Shown in pieces: positions 20,871 through 43,815 of a stretch of 64,000 nt of DNA (positions within the stretch are counted from its first letter, which is position 1; each line of letters begins with the position of its first letter). The stretch lies in assembly GCF_009914755.1 (NCBI RefSeq), contig NC_060947.1. One strand, 5' to 3'. The stretch is from the human T2T-CHM13v2.0 reference genome, Homo sapiens. The position numbers and the translations under genes were made by a program. The notes under the pieces are model-generated. The model was not told the DNA's origin and searched no databases. It was given only the letters and a program-made list of their open reading frames with translations.

Positions 20871-23800
20871 TCCCCAGAGTTATTTCAACTGGGGAAAGAG
20901 ACCAATAGCAGAAGTACAATACCACAACACCCCTCGCCCTACTCTCTAGCTGGCCTTTTGGCAAGTGGCCTGCTCCGCGTGGGGGAAGAGGGGTGGATAT
21001 TGAGAACGGATGCCTTTCTCCTCTGAAAAAGTCTTAATTCAAGTATGAATGTATTTGAGACTCCTATATGCTAGACGGTGTGCGGGGCACCTGGGATACC
21101 CAGCGGAATAATAAAAGATTCATGCCTTCCAGGAGGGCACAGTCCAGGTGGAGAAAGAGAATTACAGTACAGACACAGACGAATGGACGGAACCAGATTC
21201 TGGGACACTCAGACAAGGAGATCCAAAGATGAGGAGTCTGAGTTAGAGAGAGAGAGAGCCATGTAAAGAGAAATATGTTGAGGCCGAGATAGGAAGAGAG
21301 ATGCCAGGTAGGATCACAGAGAGATGAATGTGGAAAGCCGCTAAGAGAGATGCTTGGAGACAGACATTCTAGGACAGCTGCTGAGAAGCACAAACCTAAA
21401 GAGGCAAAAACATCTTTCATCAGTTCAGGCTTTGCTACTCTCCTCTATCTTTGTCTAATTTAAGTCCAAAAGCCCAGATCACACACTGCAGATTGGACTT
21501 CAACCAGAGACTATTATTTAAGACCCAGGTCTTTGTCATCCTAGAACATCTTTCAGGCAGCTTCCAGAAGCTATGTCATTAGAGTCTTGAGCCCAGATAT
21601 CTAATCTGTCTTCCTTCTATACTTTTCCTCAAACCAAGGTCTTCAGGCCATAAATCTTAGCCCACCATTTCAGCCTCAGAACTGCTTTATGTTTTCTCTA
21701 TCTGAAATATCTCCCCCCACTTGCTTTCTCACCCAGGAAGATTCCCCTCCAGGCCTTCTAGTTGTTGACAGCCACCACACTCATAATCACTACACCGTAT
21801 TTACCAAAGGATTTAGCACACCGGTCTCACAATTTTCCTATCTACATGAAGTGCTTCCATCAATTTATAGCACTCTTCATCCGGCCCAATATGCTGTAGC
21901 CACAGTGGCCTCCTTTGTGTTCATCTTTGCATTAGCTGCTCCCTCTGCTTGGAATGCTCTCCCCTGATCTTTGCATGACTGCTTTTATTTTTTTTCATTC
22001 AGAACTAAGCTTAAATATCACCTTCCCAGAGGGGTCCTCCCTAAATATTCAAACTGTAGCCACCTAGACACTATCCCATTGCATATTTGAATTATCTTCA
22101 TAGCACTTGCATGTCCGTAATCCATTTTCCAACCTTAGGGCCAGATGTGCTGTGGAATTCAGAGTTTTTTTCAATTTGAGAAAGGAAGACATGTAATTTA
22201 TATTACATAACTCTTTAAAAAAACTAGTCAAACATAACTTTTTGTATAGTCTATATTATATAACTATTGAGAAAAGCCTGGAGCATCGTAATGAAATATT
22301 AATATTTCTGAAGTGAAAGGTATGAAAATTCACACCAAGTGTGAATAAAGACTATAAATAGCCTCACACTACTTCAGGTCAGGTTTTGTCATCTATTGAG
22401 TTTGGGCTCCAAAGTATGAAAAAACAACCTTATGCTTTTCAGAAGTTTTGGCATTGCAGGATTGTGCCTACAGGCTTGTGAGCCTGCATGCTCCGCTAAC
22501 CTGGCCTTGTTTGTGTAGTTCTCCCCCTGCTGGAAGGTAAGCCCCATGGCACCAGGGGCTTGTCCAGCTGGTTCACCTAATGCCGAGAACACTGCTTGGC
22601 GTGTACAAGACACTTAAAACAAATGTGTGAAATAAATGAATTAATGAATTAATCTTGGAAGAATTTCCAGGCACAGTTTCATGATTCTTTCACCTGCCCA
22701 ACTCCGGGAACCTTCACCTCCTCTCTACTTTAACCACCTGTCCAGGCCACCTTATTGCACTTGTCATTCCCTGGAATAACCTCCTGCCCTCCCCAGCATC
22801 TACACACCATCTTTTCTCTCTCTGACCATGTTCTCGAGTTGTCTTGGATCTCTTCCCCTCTACCGCTTTTTTTTTTTTTTTTGAGATGGAGTCTCCCGCT
22901 GCCCAGGCTGGAGTGCAGTGGCGCATCTTGGCTCACTGCAACCTCCGCTTCCTGGGTGCAAGCAATTCTCCTGCCTCAGCTTCCAGAGTAGCTGAAATTA
23001 CAGGCATGGGCCACCACGCCTGGCTAATTTTTGTATTTTTAGTAGAGATGGGATTTTACCATGTTGGCCAGTCTGGTGTTGAACTCCTGACCTCAGGTGA
23101 TCCGCCCTGCCTCAGCCTCCCAAAGTGTTGGGATTACAGGCATGAGCCATCGCGCCCAGCCTCAGCTCTATTATTTACTAGCCGAATGACCCTGGACAAG
23201 TTACTTAACTGATGTGCCTCAGTTTCCTCTTCTGTAAAATGAGTATAAACAAATGACTATTCGTAGGGTTGTTAGGAATAAATGAGTTAACAACTATGTA
23301 TTTAAAAAGGACTTGGAACAGTGCTTGGCCTTTAGCAAGAGCTATATAAGTGTTAGCTATGGTTACTCTTCAGAGCAGTGTTTCTCATCCTTTTCTATGC
23401 TACGGACACCTATGGGAGTCTGGTGAAGTCTTAGGAACCCCTTCCCAGAATAATGCATGCGTCCTATAAGTAGGATTACAAAAGAAACCAATTATATTGG
23501 GGTACAATTTTCAAAATAAAAGGAAACGCACCTGTAATGTAGTAATATATGTGCTTCTTTATTAACACATTAAATAGCAAGCTCTATCAACAGGTCTAGT
23601 GACAACCATGATTTTTGAAATAGTGATGTTATTTTGAGAGATATGCAACAACCGTAATAATGAAAATCTGATCTCTCTTAGTGTCAAAGTCACAGGTGCT
23701 AATATTACTGCAGTTTGTTACCCACATCCCCTGGAAGGATATGCTATATTTCTGTTAGTAATAGTGAAAATAATGATGCAATTTCCCCTCTATCCAAGTC

Positions 23801-25358
23801 CATGGGCTCTTTGAATTCTATTCACTGACTCCTCAGGGGTCTTTTGGATTGTGGGTTAAGAACTGTGTTTAGAGGGAGCTCTCTGAACTTCTTCTGGTTC
23901 TGAGGGCTGCACAATTAAAAGAACTGTTTTTAGAGCAAACGGAAGCCATTAGTGAATACTTCTCTCTTGCCACCTCCAAAATTGTCTCTACCCACCCACA
24001 CCATCCTTTCCTTGGGTCTCAGAGATGTCCTGTTTAGGGCTCACCCTTCCACTGGGTTTTGTGTCCCAGCCCCTCCCACTTTCTTGGGGATTTCTGCTAC
24101 TGAGCATCCTCTCTCTTGATTGCACGCACCTCTGTCTCAAAACCATTAGAAAATAGGGAATAGGGGCTGAGTGCAGTGGTTCACGCCTGTAATCCTAACA
24201 TTTTGGGAGGCTGAAGCAGCAGGATGTCTTGAGCCCAGGAGTTTGAGACCAGCCTGGGCAACATAGCAAGACCCTGTCTCCACACACACAAAAAAATAGG
24301 GAATAAAGTGATGTCAACCTTTACACGCACATACTCAACAGTTTGGATGCATGTCTCATGGGAACCTGAGGGCCAGAGGTGCGCAAAGGGGCCCAGCAAG
24401 GACACCAAAACAAGCAACACGCAGCATTGTGTCAAATTAGCCCTGCCAGGAAACAGAGAAGAATAAAGGTGGTCTTTACTCCTGGGTGGTCTTCACTCCT
24501 GGGAGATAAAAACCACAAGATAACCCATTTAACTCTTGTGGGCACCTGCAGTTACCTCTGCAAAGACAGAGCTGCACTGGTTCCAGCTGGCTCTGAGGTG
24601 ACATTGACAAATATAAAGAATCCCAATTATATCATCATCTATGTGAGGGGAAAAGAAGAACCCCAAGTGATGATTATACAGAGCCTGTCATTTCTGAGTG
24701 AGCTGGGGCACAATCTGAATGATTGGTTTAAACGCTGAAGGACTGCAGGGGACATGAAAATTACTGTGGCGAGCGTTTGAGAGGATGCTGAGGACGCATG
24801 TTGGCTGAGTGTTTGCCACTTGAATAAATGGGGCTGATGTCTGAATGAACCTGAAGGATGACAGCCTCAGGTTATGGTGACTTTACCGTTGCCTAAATCA
24901 ACTGTAATTTTTCAGGCTTTGTGTAATCAGACCTTTCTGGCTGCATTTGACATATTCATCACTTGCTCTTCCTAGAAACTCCCACTTGGCTTCCAGGAAG
25001 CCTGACTCTCCTGGTTTCTTGTACTCCCCTGATTGTTCTTTTGTCTCTTCCCTGGGTTCTTTTTCTTCTGCCCCCTCTCTGGGGAGCTTATCCATCTCCT
25101 GGTTTCAATACTCCCTCTCTGCTGAGGACTTCCCAGTCTCTACTTTGAGCTCATCTTCTCCACTGAACTTCAGAATCATATAGCAAATAATTTGCTGGCC
25201 CTCTACACCAGATGCCCTAAATTAAACTCAATCATTGCCCCCTAAAACTGCTGTATCTCAATTGGTTGCAGTACTAACTTCCCAGACACCCAAGCCAGAT
25301 CCTGGGACTCACGCCCTCTTCACCCCATCTAAGCAACTGCCAAGTCCTGCTGATTTAA

Positions 25359-25881
<523 letters not shown>

Positions 25882-25974
25882 TAAGGCTTTCCATAATCCG
25901 ATGGCTGCTGGCTAACTTCGGCCTCTATAACACGACACTTTCCAGTAACAACACACTACTTGATACCCCCACAG

Positions 25975-26455
<481 letters not shown>

Positions 26456-26849
26456 CCCCACAGATAACCCCCAGGATGGTGCGATGCCCTTTCTGAGGGT
26501 CCCACAGCTCTGAACCAACACTTACCCACCTGAGAGACTGAGGATCTATTCTGATCTCTGTATTCTTGCTACGCAACACAGAGAGCCTGGCATAGAACAG
26601 ATGGCAGTGTTTGCTAAGTGAATGAATGCATATGTGTGACATAGCAATAAACCTGTATCTTCCGGTGGAATCAGTAAGTGTTGTGATCAGTATACGGTGT
26701 CAGTTCCGCTTATATCCACCTTCCTTTCACAGTCTTGGAAAAATCACCTCATGGTTTACACATCCCCCCCAGCAGGTGAGCTAGAAAGCCAGGAGTCATC
26801 TGTAGACTTAGGGAAGCCATTATAGGACCAGTTGGGTTTTCTGTTTTTT

Positions 26850-28450
26850 ATTCAGAGTTGGGAGGAACGGGAGGGAGACGACCATCTTCTGGCGATATGA
26901 AAGTCGAGAAAGGCAAACAGGAGGGGAGCAAGAGAGGAAAAGAAGAGGATGTGAAAAGCCCGAAGGAAGGCAGGAGAGCAAGCAGGTAGGAATAAAGGCG
27001 AGGAAGCGGGAGCCAGCTGGCACCACAGCGAGGAGTGACAGCCGCCGGCAGCAGGGGCCGGGAGCTGGGAGGAGGGAGGCTCAGGCAAGCCGCGCTGAGC
27101 CTTTCTTCTCCTTCCCGGACTCCTCACCACCCATCCTGCTAACCAAGGGCCTCCACCTTGCTCGTCGTCAGAGGCAGACAGCCAGGACTTGGCCCTCTTG
27201 GGCTTCCTAGCTCTCCAGCCCGGGAGTTAGACTAGTTTTCCAACTCCCCCGGCCCCAAATCGGGAGGACAATAATGCCTTCCGCTCCGCGCCCGCCAAGG
27301 TCGAGTTAGGAAAGACTTGGAACAGAATTAAACGGCTTTGGGGAAGATGAGTCAGCCGGGCGGGGCTGCAGCTGCCAGTGAAACCCCTGCCAGTGTGATT
27401 GGGCAACAACCAGAAGTAGGGGGCCCGCGGGGTGGTGGTGCCATCTCTTAAAGGCAGTTTATGTAATAAGTCTTGATCGCGCACCCACTAAAGGGGCGGC
27501 TTTGGGGTCAGCCTCAATTTCCTCCACTGTGAAGTGGGAATATGAATACTTGACTTATCCGAAACGAATCATGTCTGCAAGGTGCCTGGGCTATAAAAAG
27601 CGGTCAGTCAGTAGTCAGGGTCGTGCTTAGTGCAGTGCCCTCCACCCTAGGCCACTTTCGCCATGTGAGACTGTCCCAAAGGCGGGGATGTGGGGTGCAG
27701 TGGGGAGCCCCTGATCGGGCACGGGCAGAAGACAAGTTCTTTTTTTTCTGCCACTTCCAGGTGAGGAAGAAAAGACGCCTGCTCCGGAACCAAGGGTTGG
27801 GTGGCGATGTACTGGCCTCACCCGCTTTAAGCAAAGTCACCTTAGATTTACCATGTTTGCTATTCACTCATTCATTTTCTTTATTAGAGGGACTGCTGAT
27901 TAAACGGAAGGACTTACACTAAGACTCCAGTACGAGGCTGTACTATAGACCTGACCGAGTGAGCATGAGAAGACGAGACCCGGCAGAAGGAGGGCGACAG
28001 CGGGCACCGAGATCCACAGGTCCAGAGTCTAGTCGCCACCCACACCCTGTCTTTTGGGAGCGGTGCGCGCCATCTGCGCATGCGCTCCCCATCCCTGCCA
28101 GGTCCCCGGCGGGGTCAGCCGGCTGGCTGGTGGAGGTGCTACCCGCGCATGCGTGTCCTGCTCACAAGGCGCTCCCAGTGCGGTTGGAGTGTCTCCAGTG
28201 GAGCTGGCAGTTGGGAGGACGGAGGCCCGGCCCATAGCGGGTGGCTGTTAGGAGGTATGGATAAAGGACCTGTGTATCTTGGTGCCCGCTGTCGCCCTCC
28301 TTCTCCCGAGGTCTCGTCTTCTCACACTCACTCGGTGTGTGACAGCGACAGGTCACAGAGGGCGGTAAAGTGCGGCGCCCTTGGGGCGGTTTCGTCTGGC
28401 GCGGAGTAGAGGTGGCCGGCAGTTGTGGTTGCTCCTTTCACCTGGACTCA
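26850..28450. promoter_or_regulatory. Orphan CpG island / promoter-like element
   Basis: High GC and CpG, NRF1-type GCGCATGCG at 28076-28085 and 28145-28154, ATTGG at ~27398, TATAAAAAG at ~27592. No recognisable CDS. Confidence 0.65.
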
Positions 28451-29053
28451 CCTGTGTGGTCCCCTGGCAGGGACTAAAAACCAGAAGACGGAGGGGAGTG
28501 AATGTGTTTGACTCGGAGGAAACCCCTCTTGAGCCTGCCCTCACATCCTTACAAGGGACCCAGTCTGAGGTCCAGTCGTCCCCAAACCATCTACTCCCCC
28601 ACCACCCCCTTCCCTGACTAAAGGCTAAATTTGGGCGGTAACCACGCCCTACCCTATCCCCTTGGAGTCCTTCAGTCAGCTCCAAAGGCCCACCCCACAT
28701 TCTGGGGGCCTCTGAGTCAAAAAGGAGGGTCCATTGGGCAGGGTGGAGTTGAGGAACCTGCTGTGGAGATGTCTCTGGCCTGGGGAAACCACTGCTTCCT
28801 CATCTGCCACTGAGACTGAGGAAGACCCGCAGATGGGCCTTGGCAAGCACCCAGAAGAATAACTCCAGACCACCATTCAGGAAGTTAAGACAGTGGGAGA
28901 TTGGGTTAATGACCTTGACCCCAGACCCCTGTAAGCAAAGGAAAGGGAGCCTCTGGCTGCTCCTTCTGCAGATGGTAGGTTGAGGCTTCAGGGACCTTAA
29001 AACCTAATGGTTCTTATGAATGAGAAACATTCATACCCAGTAGTACTGTTTAA

Positions 29054-29347
<294 letters not shown>

Positions 29348-29383
29348 TGACCAAGCTGGTCTCGAACTCCTGACCTCAGGTGA

Positions 29384-29717
<334 letters not shown>

Positions 29718-30227
29718 TAGCTGAGATTACAGGCATGTGCCACTACGCCTGGCTAGTTTTTGTATTTTTAGTAGAGACGGGGTTTCACCATGTTGGCCAG
29801 GATGGTCTCGATCTCCTGACCCTGTGATCCGCCCACCTCGGCCTCCCAAAATGCTGGGATTACAGGCCTGAGCCACCGCGCCCGGCCATATTTACTCTTA
29901 GTCCTCACAACAACCCTATGAGGTAGGCATTACCATCCTCCTCGTTTTACAGATGAAGAAAGTGAGTACTGAAAAGTTAAGCCACTTCCCAAGTTCTCAC
30001 AACTAGTCAGAAGCAAAGCAGGACTTCAAACTCAGGCAGTCTGGCTCCAGAGTCTGCACTCTTTTGAACACAAGTGATACTGCTCTGGGGAAGAGAACAG
30101 ATAAGAGAGACCCAGTAGAGGTCAAGATTGGAACTCATTTCCTAAGCACCTTCTCTCACACTATTTCAATCTTCCAAATGACCCTGTGAGGGATGAATCT
30201 GAGGCAAAGAGAGGTTACATATTTTTA

Positions 30228-30927
<700 letters not shown>

Positions 30928-31251
30928 CTAGGTTCAAGTGATCCTCCTGCCTCAGCCTCCAGAGGAGCTGGGACCACAGGTGTGCACCACCATGCCTCGC
31001 TAATTTGTTTTTTTTTTTTTTGTAAAGAAGGGGTCTCACCATGCTGTCCAGGCTGGTCTTGAACTCCTAGGCTCAAGCAATCCTCCCACCTAGGCCTCCC
31101 AAAGTGCTGGAATTACAGGAATGAGCCACTGCATCCGGCTACAAAATTTTTTTTTTTTAATCTTGCCCTAGGTCACACAAGTAGTAGTTGGACCAAGTTG
31201 ATGAAGCAGCCTGACTCAGGCAACACATTAGTTAACCAAGACAAAAGATGA

Positions 31252-31428
<177 letters not shown>

Positions 31429-31744
31429 TGAGTAGCTGGGATTACAGGTGTGGGCCACCACGCCCAGCTAATTTTTTTTTTTTAATTTTTAGTACAGACG
31501 AGGTTTCACCGTGTTGGCCAAGCTGGTCTCGAACTCCTGACCTCAGGTGATCCACCCACCTAGGCCTCCCAAAGTGCCGGGGTTACAGGCGTGAGCCACC
31601 ACGCCCGGCCCACTACATGCATTTTAACAAACATTTATTTGTTAATTCAGCAGATGTTTATTATGCTGGGTGTTCTCGGAGGCACTGAGGACTCAGCAGT
31701 GAACAAAATACACGTGGTCCCTGTCTGCAACTCTCTGAAGGAGG

Positions 31745-32640
<896 letters not shown>

Positions 32641-33176
32641 ACCAACAATAAACATGTAAATGACTTTCAGGTAGTGATATTTGAAGACAAGGGAGGTTGG
32701 GAGAAGGAATTGACTATTTTGGTGAACTGAGAATCCAGAAATACAAAGGCCTGGGAAGAACAAGTGAAAAGCCCCGAGGCAGGACCAGGCCTGTCTTTTG
32801 CCAGGGCAGGAGGGAAGTCCCGTTTTCCTGGAGCACGGGTAGCACTCAATGAAAGCAGTGAACAGGGTGAGACTAAGGCAGAGGATGGTGGAACAATTGA
32901 AGTCTGAGATCTTGGAGATACTCAGGGGCCAGATCACAAGGACTATGTGCCAGCAGGCCCACCCCATAAACTCATGCAAATTTACACTGTATAAGGGCAG
33001 CTTGTGCTGAAGGGATGAGGACAGGGACCTAAAATTGCACCTGTACTATGTTCACCAAGTTGAACAGTACATCCTGGTACAGGGCTAAGTCAGCCAGAAG
33101 AAAAGGGTGCCTTTTCCCAATAACCACAAGTTAGGCAAACTGTGAGCCAGAGGGGTTGCATCTGCCCAGAGGGGCA

Positions 33177-33908
<732 letters not shown>

Positions 33909-35347
33909 TTAGCTGTGGCTTGTGGGCCAGGCGCTGAGCTAGCAGTTGCCAGGGTAGCAGACCAGTTATGAGGTTATTGAAAAAGCTGAGGCAGCTGTCT
34001 TAAGAAAAGATAGCCATGAAAAATGAGTTTATTTTACATTAATTATTACAATGGCCCATAGTGGCTGTTCAATGGGCATGTTCAGCACCTCCATGGAGAA
34101 ACTGCTGTGACAGCTGTACAAGGGAAAGGATGATATGTTCAGGTACTCATTGATATTTGAGAGTGACTTCATCCAGATGAATGAACCCCTCTTTCCCCTC
34201 TTCCTCCTGCATTCCCTTCTCTCTCCCCACTCAAGACCTTCCTCAGTCTCTCTCACATTCCTTTATTTATTTATTTTTTTGAGACAGTCTTGCTCTGTCA
34301 CCCAGGCTGGAGAGCAATTGTGCGATCTCAGCTCACTGCAAACCTCTGCCTCCTGGGTTCAAGCGATTCTCATGCCTCAGCCTCCCAAATAGCTGGGATT
34401 ACAGGCATGCACACCACGCCCAGCTAGTTTTTGTATTTTTAGTAGAGATGGGGTTTCACCATGTTGGCCAGGCTGGTCTCGAACTCCTGAGCTCAAGTGA
34501 TCCACCCACTTCAGGCTCCCAAAGTGCTAGGATTACAGGCATGAGCCACCATGCCCGGCCTCCTTTTATTTCTTCAACAGAGCATTTATTAAGCACTAGT
34601 ATGTACAGCACATGCAAAAATGTCCTCAGTGATGTCTCCAAAATCAGGTAGAGGAAACAGACAAGTTTAAAAAAAAATTTATTGAGTTATCAATTTATGC
34701 ATCTCTATCTTACAAAAAGGATTTGGAGCAGCTGTCAATTCCAAGATTTATCTTCTCCTGCCACTATACCAGGATGGACAGCAGACCTAAGCTAGGGCAA
34801 GATGATAAGAATTCCTTTTATTTATTTTGCTTTAAAAATGTTTATATTATAGGCCAGGCGTGGTGGCTCACACCTGTAATCTCAGCACTTTGGGAGGCTG
34901 TAATCCCAGCTATTTGGGAGCTTGAGGCATGAGAATCGCTTGAACCCAGGAGGCAGAGGTGGGCAGATTGCTTGAGCTCAGGAGTTTGAGACCAGCCTGG
35001 ACAACATGGCAAAACACCGTCTCTACGAAAAATACAAAAATTAGCTGGGCATGATGGTGTGTGCCTGTAATCTCACCTACTTGGGAGACTGAGGCAGGAG
35101 AATCAATTGAACCCAGGAGGCGGAGGTTGCAGTGAGCCGAGATCGCGCAACTGGACTCCAGCCTGGGTGACAGAGCAAGACCCCATCTCAAAAAAAAAAG
35201 TTTATATTATTATATTTATGTTGTATATATTTTATCTTCTTTTCAAGTGTGCAGAAGGGAATGATAGAAAATAAAACACTCCCAGTTATATCAGATCTTC
35301 ACATTTTGCCATGTTTACTTTGGATTTAATTTTTTTTTTGTTTTTGA

Positions 35348-35668
<321 letters not shown>

Positions 35669-37507
35669 TGACTCTCCCTTGGTTCCCTTCCCTAGGTCCC
35701 CAAGATGCATCCCCTGTAAGCCCTCAGTTTCCCTTGTCCTGAATTTGGAGTTTTTCATTCCCATGCATGTTTTGTCCTTCAATTTTATATGAATGTATTC
35801 ATAAATATTTTCTAGTAATTTAAAGAACATGATATGGTCTTGTTTTGTGTGTCTTGAAACCTTAGACCCGTATTGACACTGTGGGGCCCCTCCTGCAGGT
35901 TGCTTTTTATCATTCAACGTTGTCTATATTTGTACACATAGCTCTAGATATCTCTTAATTGACATGGTGCTCTCCAGCATCCAAGGACTTCAGGGTCCAT
36001 TATTTTCTATGATCCTCACAACAAATGTCATGACCCCCTCAGGACTCAAGAAGAATCTGAGACTCAGAGAGTGAAGTGAAGACCACAAAGGGGCAGAGCC
36101 CCAGGTTTCTGACTCCTCGCTCACTGTGGCTCCTCTGCTTGGGTGCTATCTGAATAATACCATGAGTCGCATCATTAAGACAAGAAGGGTGAGTAACCAG
36201 AGGGCAGGCAAGTGGGAGAGAGAGGAAAGGAGCATGGAGAAGAGGGTAGAAAGGAAGGGTAGACAAGGGAAGGAAAAAAAGGGGGCAGAACCAGCCGAGG
36301 GAGCTGTATAGCTTTAAATCTATCAGTGATTCTCATACTCAACCTTGGCCACTCATTGGGATCACCAGGGGAGCTTCGCCAACTAGTGATGCCTGGAATC
36401 CACCCCTAGAAATTCTAACATAATTGGCCTAGAGGGAGGACTGAATAGGAGGATGTTTAAAAGCTCCCCAGCTGGTTTGAATGTATAGTTGGGGTTGCAA
36501 GTCATTGACTAAGCAAAGCAATTTGTCAGGCAGTGAATTGGCTGAGGGGGCGAAACTCAAAGGCTGGCTTGTTAACATTAATAAGATCTTACACCTTGAA
36601 GGCTGGCTTGATAATACGATGTAAATAAGGTATTGAGATCTTAGGCCTAGATTCTATCAACAGAAATGGGCTAAAATGAAGGAGGTGATAATCCATTTTC
36701 CTTAGGGTTGTTCATACTAGTCTTACACTATTGTGTTCAGTCACTGGGGCTTTGACTTGAAGGAGAGACCAGCAATTTTCACAATGAATACCAGTAAACC
36801 TCTACAGAGTAACAGAATTCAGCAAACACTCTAAGTACTTCCTTTATGCTGGGCCTGTGCTACAGGGAAGGAAGACAGAGATGAGAAAATCATAATCCTT
36901 GCCCTCAAGAAGCTCAGACAAACAGGCAACCTGGACATATATACAAACAATTAACTCAATGGGCTAAGTGCTAGAGATAAGTCCAAGGAACAGAAAGCAG
37001 AGAACACCTAACTCTACCTTGGGAAGACTGGCAGAGGGGCTAAGGGTAGGCTTCACAGGAGGGCTGCATGAGTGAACCAAGTCTTGAAGGTTGAGTAGGA
37101 GTTGGTTAAGGGCATGGTTGAGGCTGGGAGTTAGGAAGAGCATGTGCAAAGGCTTAGGGTGGTAGAAGCACATGGAACACAAATGTGGCAGGGGAGAAGC
37201 TGGTGATGAGGCTGGAAAGATGGGGGCCTTGTGTGCCATACCCAGAAGTCCTGGCTTGACTCTGTAGGCAGCCAGGCATCATCGAAGTGAGGAATATAGG
37301 GAGAGCAGGGAGGGCCTTATGGAGAGGTGGCATCTAAGCTGGGTCTTGGAGGATGAGTAGAATTTCAACAGGCAGGGATGTGGGATGGAGAAGAAGGCTT
37401 CCCAAGAAGGGACAGGAGCAGAGAAAAGTGTGAGCAAAGATGTGGAGGCAGGATGAGTTTGACATGTGTCAGACACAGTGAAGGAACCGATCCTCTGGTA
37501 GGAGTGA

Positions 37508-37723
<216 letters not shown>

Positions 37724-37946
37724 TAGCCAGGATGGTCTCGATCTCCTGACCTCGTGATCCACCCGCCTCGGCCTCCCAAAGTGCTGGGATTACAGGCGTG
37801 AGCCACCGCGCCCAGCCTATCTGGGGCACTTTTTTAAAAAATCTTTTTTTTTTTTTTTTTTTTTGAGACAGAGTCTGGCTCTGTCGCCCAGGCTAGAGTG
37901 CAGTGGTGTGATCTTGGCTCACTGCAACCTCCACCTCCCAGGTTGA

Positions 37947-38195
<249 letters not shown>

Positions 38196-40009
38196 TAAGA
38201 AAAAAAAAAAAGCCTGGCGCAGTGGCTTATGCCTGTAATCTCAGCACTTTGTGGAGGCCGAGGTGGGAGGATTGCCTGAGCTCAGGAATTCAAGACCAGC
38301 CTGGGCAACACGGTGAGACCCTGTCTCAATAAATAAATAAATAAATTTTAAAAAGAAAAAAGGATAAAATATCAATTCCTGGCCTCTACTCCCCTCCCAT
38401 CCTCCAAGATGAATCTAATTTATATGGTCTGGTAGCGCAGTCCTGGCATCAGTATATTTTAAAAGTCCCCCAGGTGATCATAATCTGCAGCTGGGCTTGA
38501 GAGCCACAGCTGTAGGGGAGCTGTTGAGGACATGGACGGAAAGGTCGGCTAGAGCCAGATACCAGTGACTATAACTTAGCTAATGTTTATTGATTTTTTT
38601 TTTTCAGACGTGGTCTCTGTTGCCCAGGCTGGAGTGCACTGGTGCAATCACGGCTCACTGCAACCTTGACCTGCTGTGCTTAAGTGAGCCTCCCACCTCA
38701 GCCTCCTGAGTAGCTGGGACCATAGGCATGTGCCACCTTGCCCAGCTAATTTTTAAAATTTTTTGGTAGAGACAGAGTCCTGCTATGTTGCCTAGGCTGG
38801 TCTGGAACTCCTGAGCTCAAGTGATCCTCCTGCCTCAGCCTCCCAAAGTGCTAGGATTATAGGCATGAGCCACCTCGTCTGGCCTATTGAATGTTAACTG
38901 TGTACCATTCACTTAGTGTATATTAATCCATTTAATCTTCACAACTCTATGAGGATGGGTACTATTATCATCCTTGTGTTGCAGCTGTGGAAACATAATT
39001 TGTGCAACGTCATATGCCAAAGTGGCAGTGTGGCTTTCAAGGCATATCCTAGAAGGGCTTGTATTCCAGGCCAAGAGGTTGGCTTTTCTTCTGTAATCAC
39101 CTTTGTTAGTTCAATGTGTATTCATCCAGAATTTTTCTTTATGCATCTGCAAGCAAGTACCCATACACATTTCCCCCTTTCTTTCTTTCTTTTTTTTTTT
39201 TTTGAGATAGAGTCTCACTCTGTCACCCAGGCTGGAGTGGAGTGGCATGATTTGCCTCACTGCAACCTCTGGCCCCTGGGTTCAAGCAATTCTCCTGCCT
39301 CAGATTACAGGCATGCACTAAAAAGGTAGCATACTCTTTACACCTTCTGTGCCTTGCTTTTATGAACAATATATCCTGGAAATCATTACACATCAGTACA
39401 TAGAGAGCTTCCCCATTCTTTTTTTTTTTTTAACAGCTCATTAGCATTTCTTTGTGTGCATGTACCCTACTTGATTTCATCTTGGATTGGTTTCAGTTTC
39501 TGTCTATCAAAATGCTGTAATGAATTATCTTGTTTATGTGCCATTTTGCATATTCCCAGAAATGAAATTGCTGGGTTAAGGGGTAGGTAGATGTGCATTT
39601 GTAATTTAAATAGGTGTTGCCAAATTGTCCTCTGTAGATGTTGTACTGTTTTGCATTCCTACCTGCAGTGTATAAGAGTATGTTGGCACTTAAAAAATTT
39701 TTAGAATGCTGGGCGCGGTGGCTCAAGCCTGTAATCCCAGCACTTTGGGAGGCCGAGGCGGGTGGAACATGAGGTCAGGAGATCGAGACCATCCTGGCTA
39801 ACATGGTGAAACCCTGTCTCTACTAAAAATACAAAAAATTAGCCGGGCGTGGTGGCGGGCGCCTGTAGTCCCAGCTACTCAGGAGGCCGAGGCAGGAAAA
39901 TGGCGTGAACCTGGGAGGCGGAGCTTGCAGTGAGCCAAGATCACGCCACTGCACTCCAGCCTGGGCTATGGAGTGAGACTCCGTCTCGAAAAAAAAGAAA
40001 CATTTTTTT

Positions 40010-43815
<3,806 letters not shown>

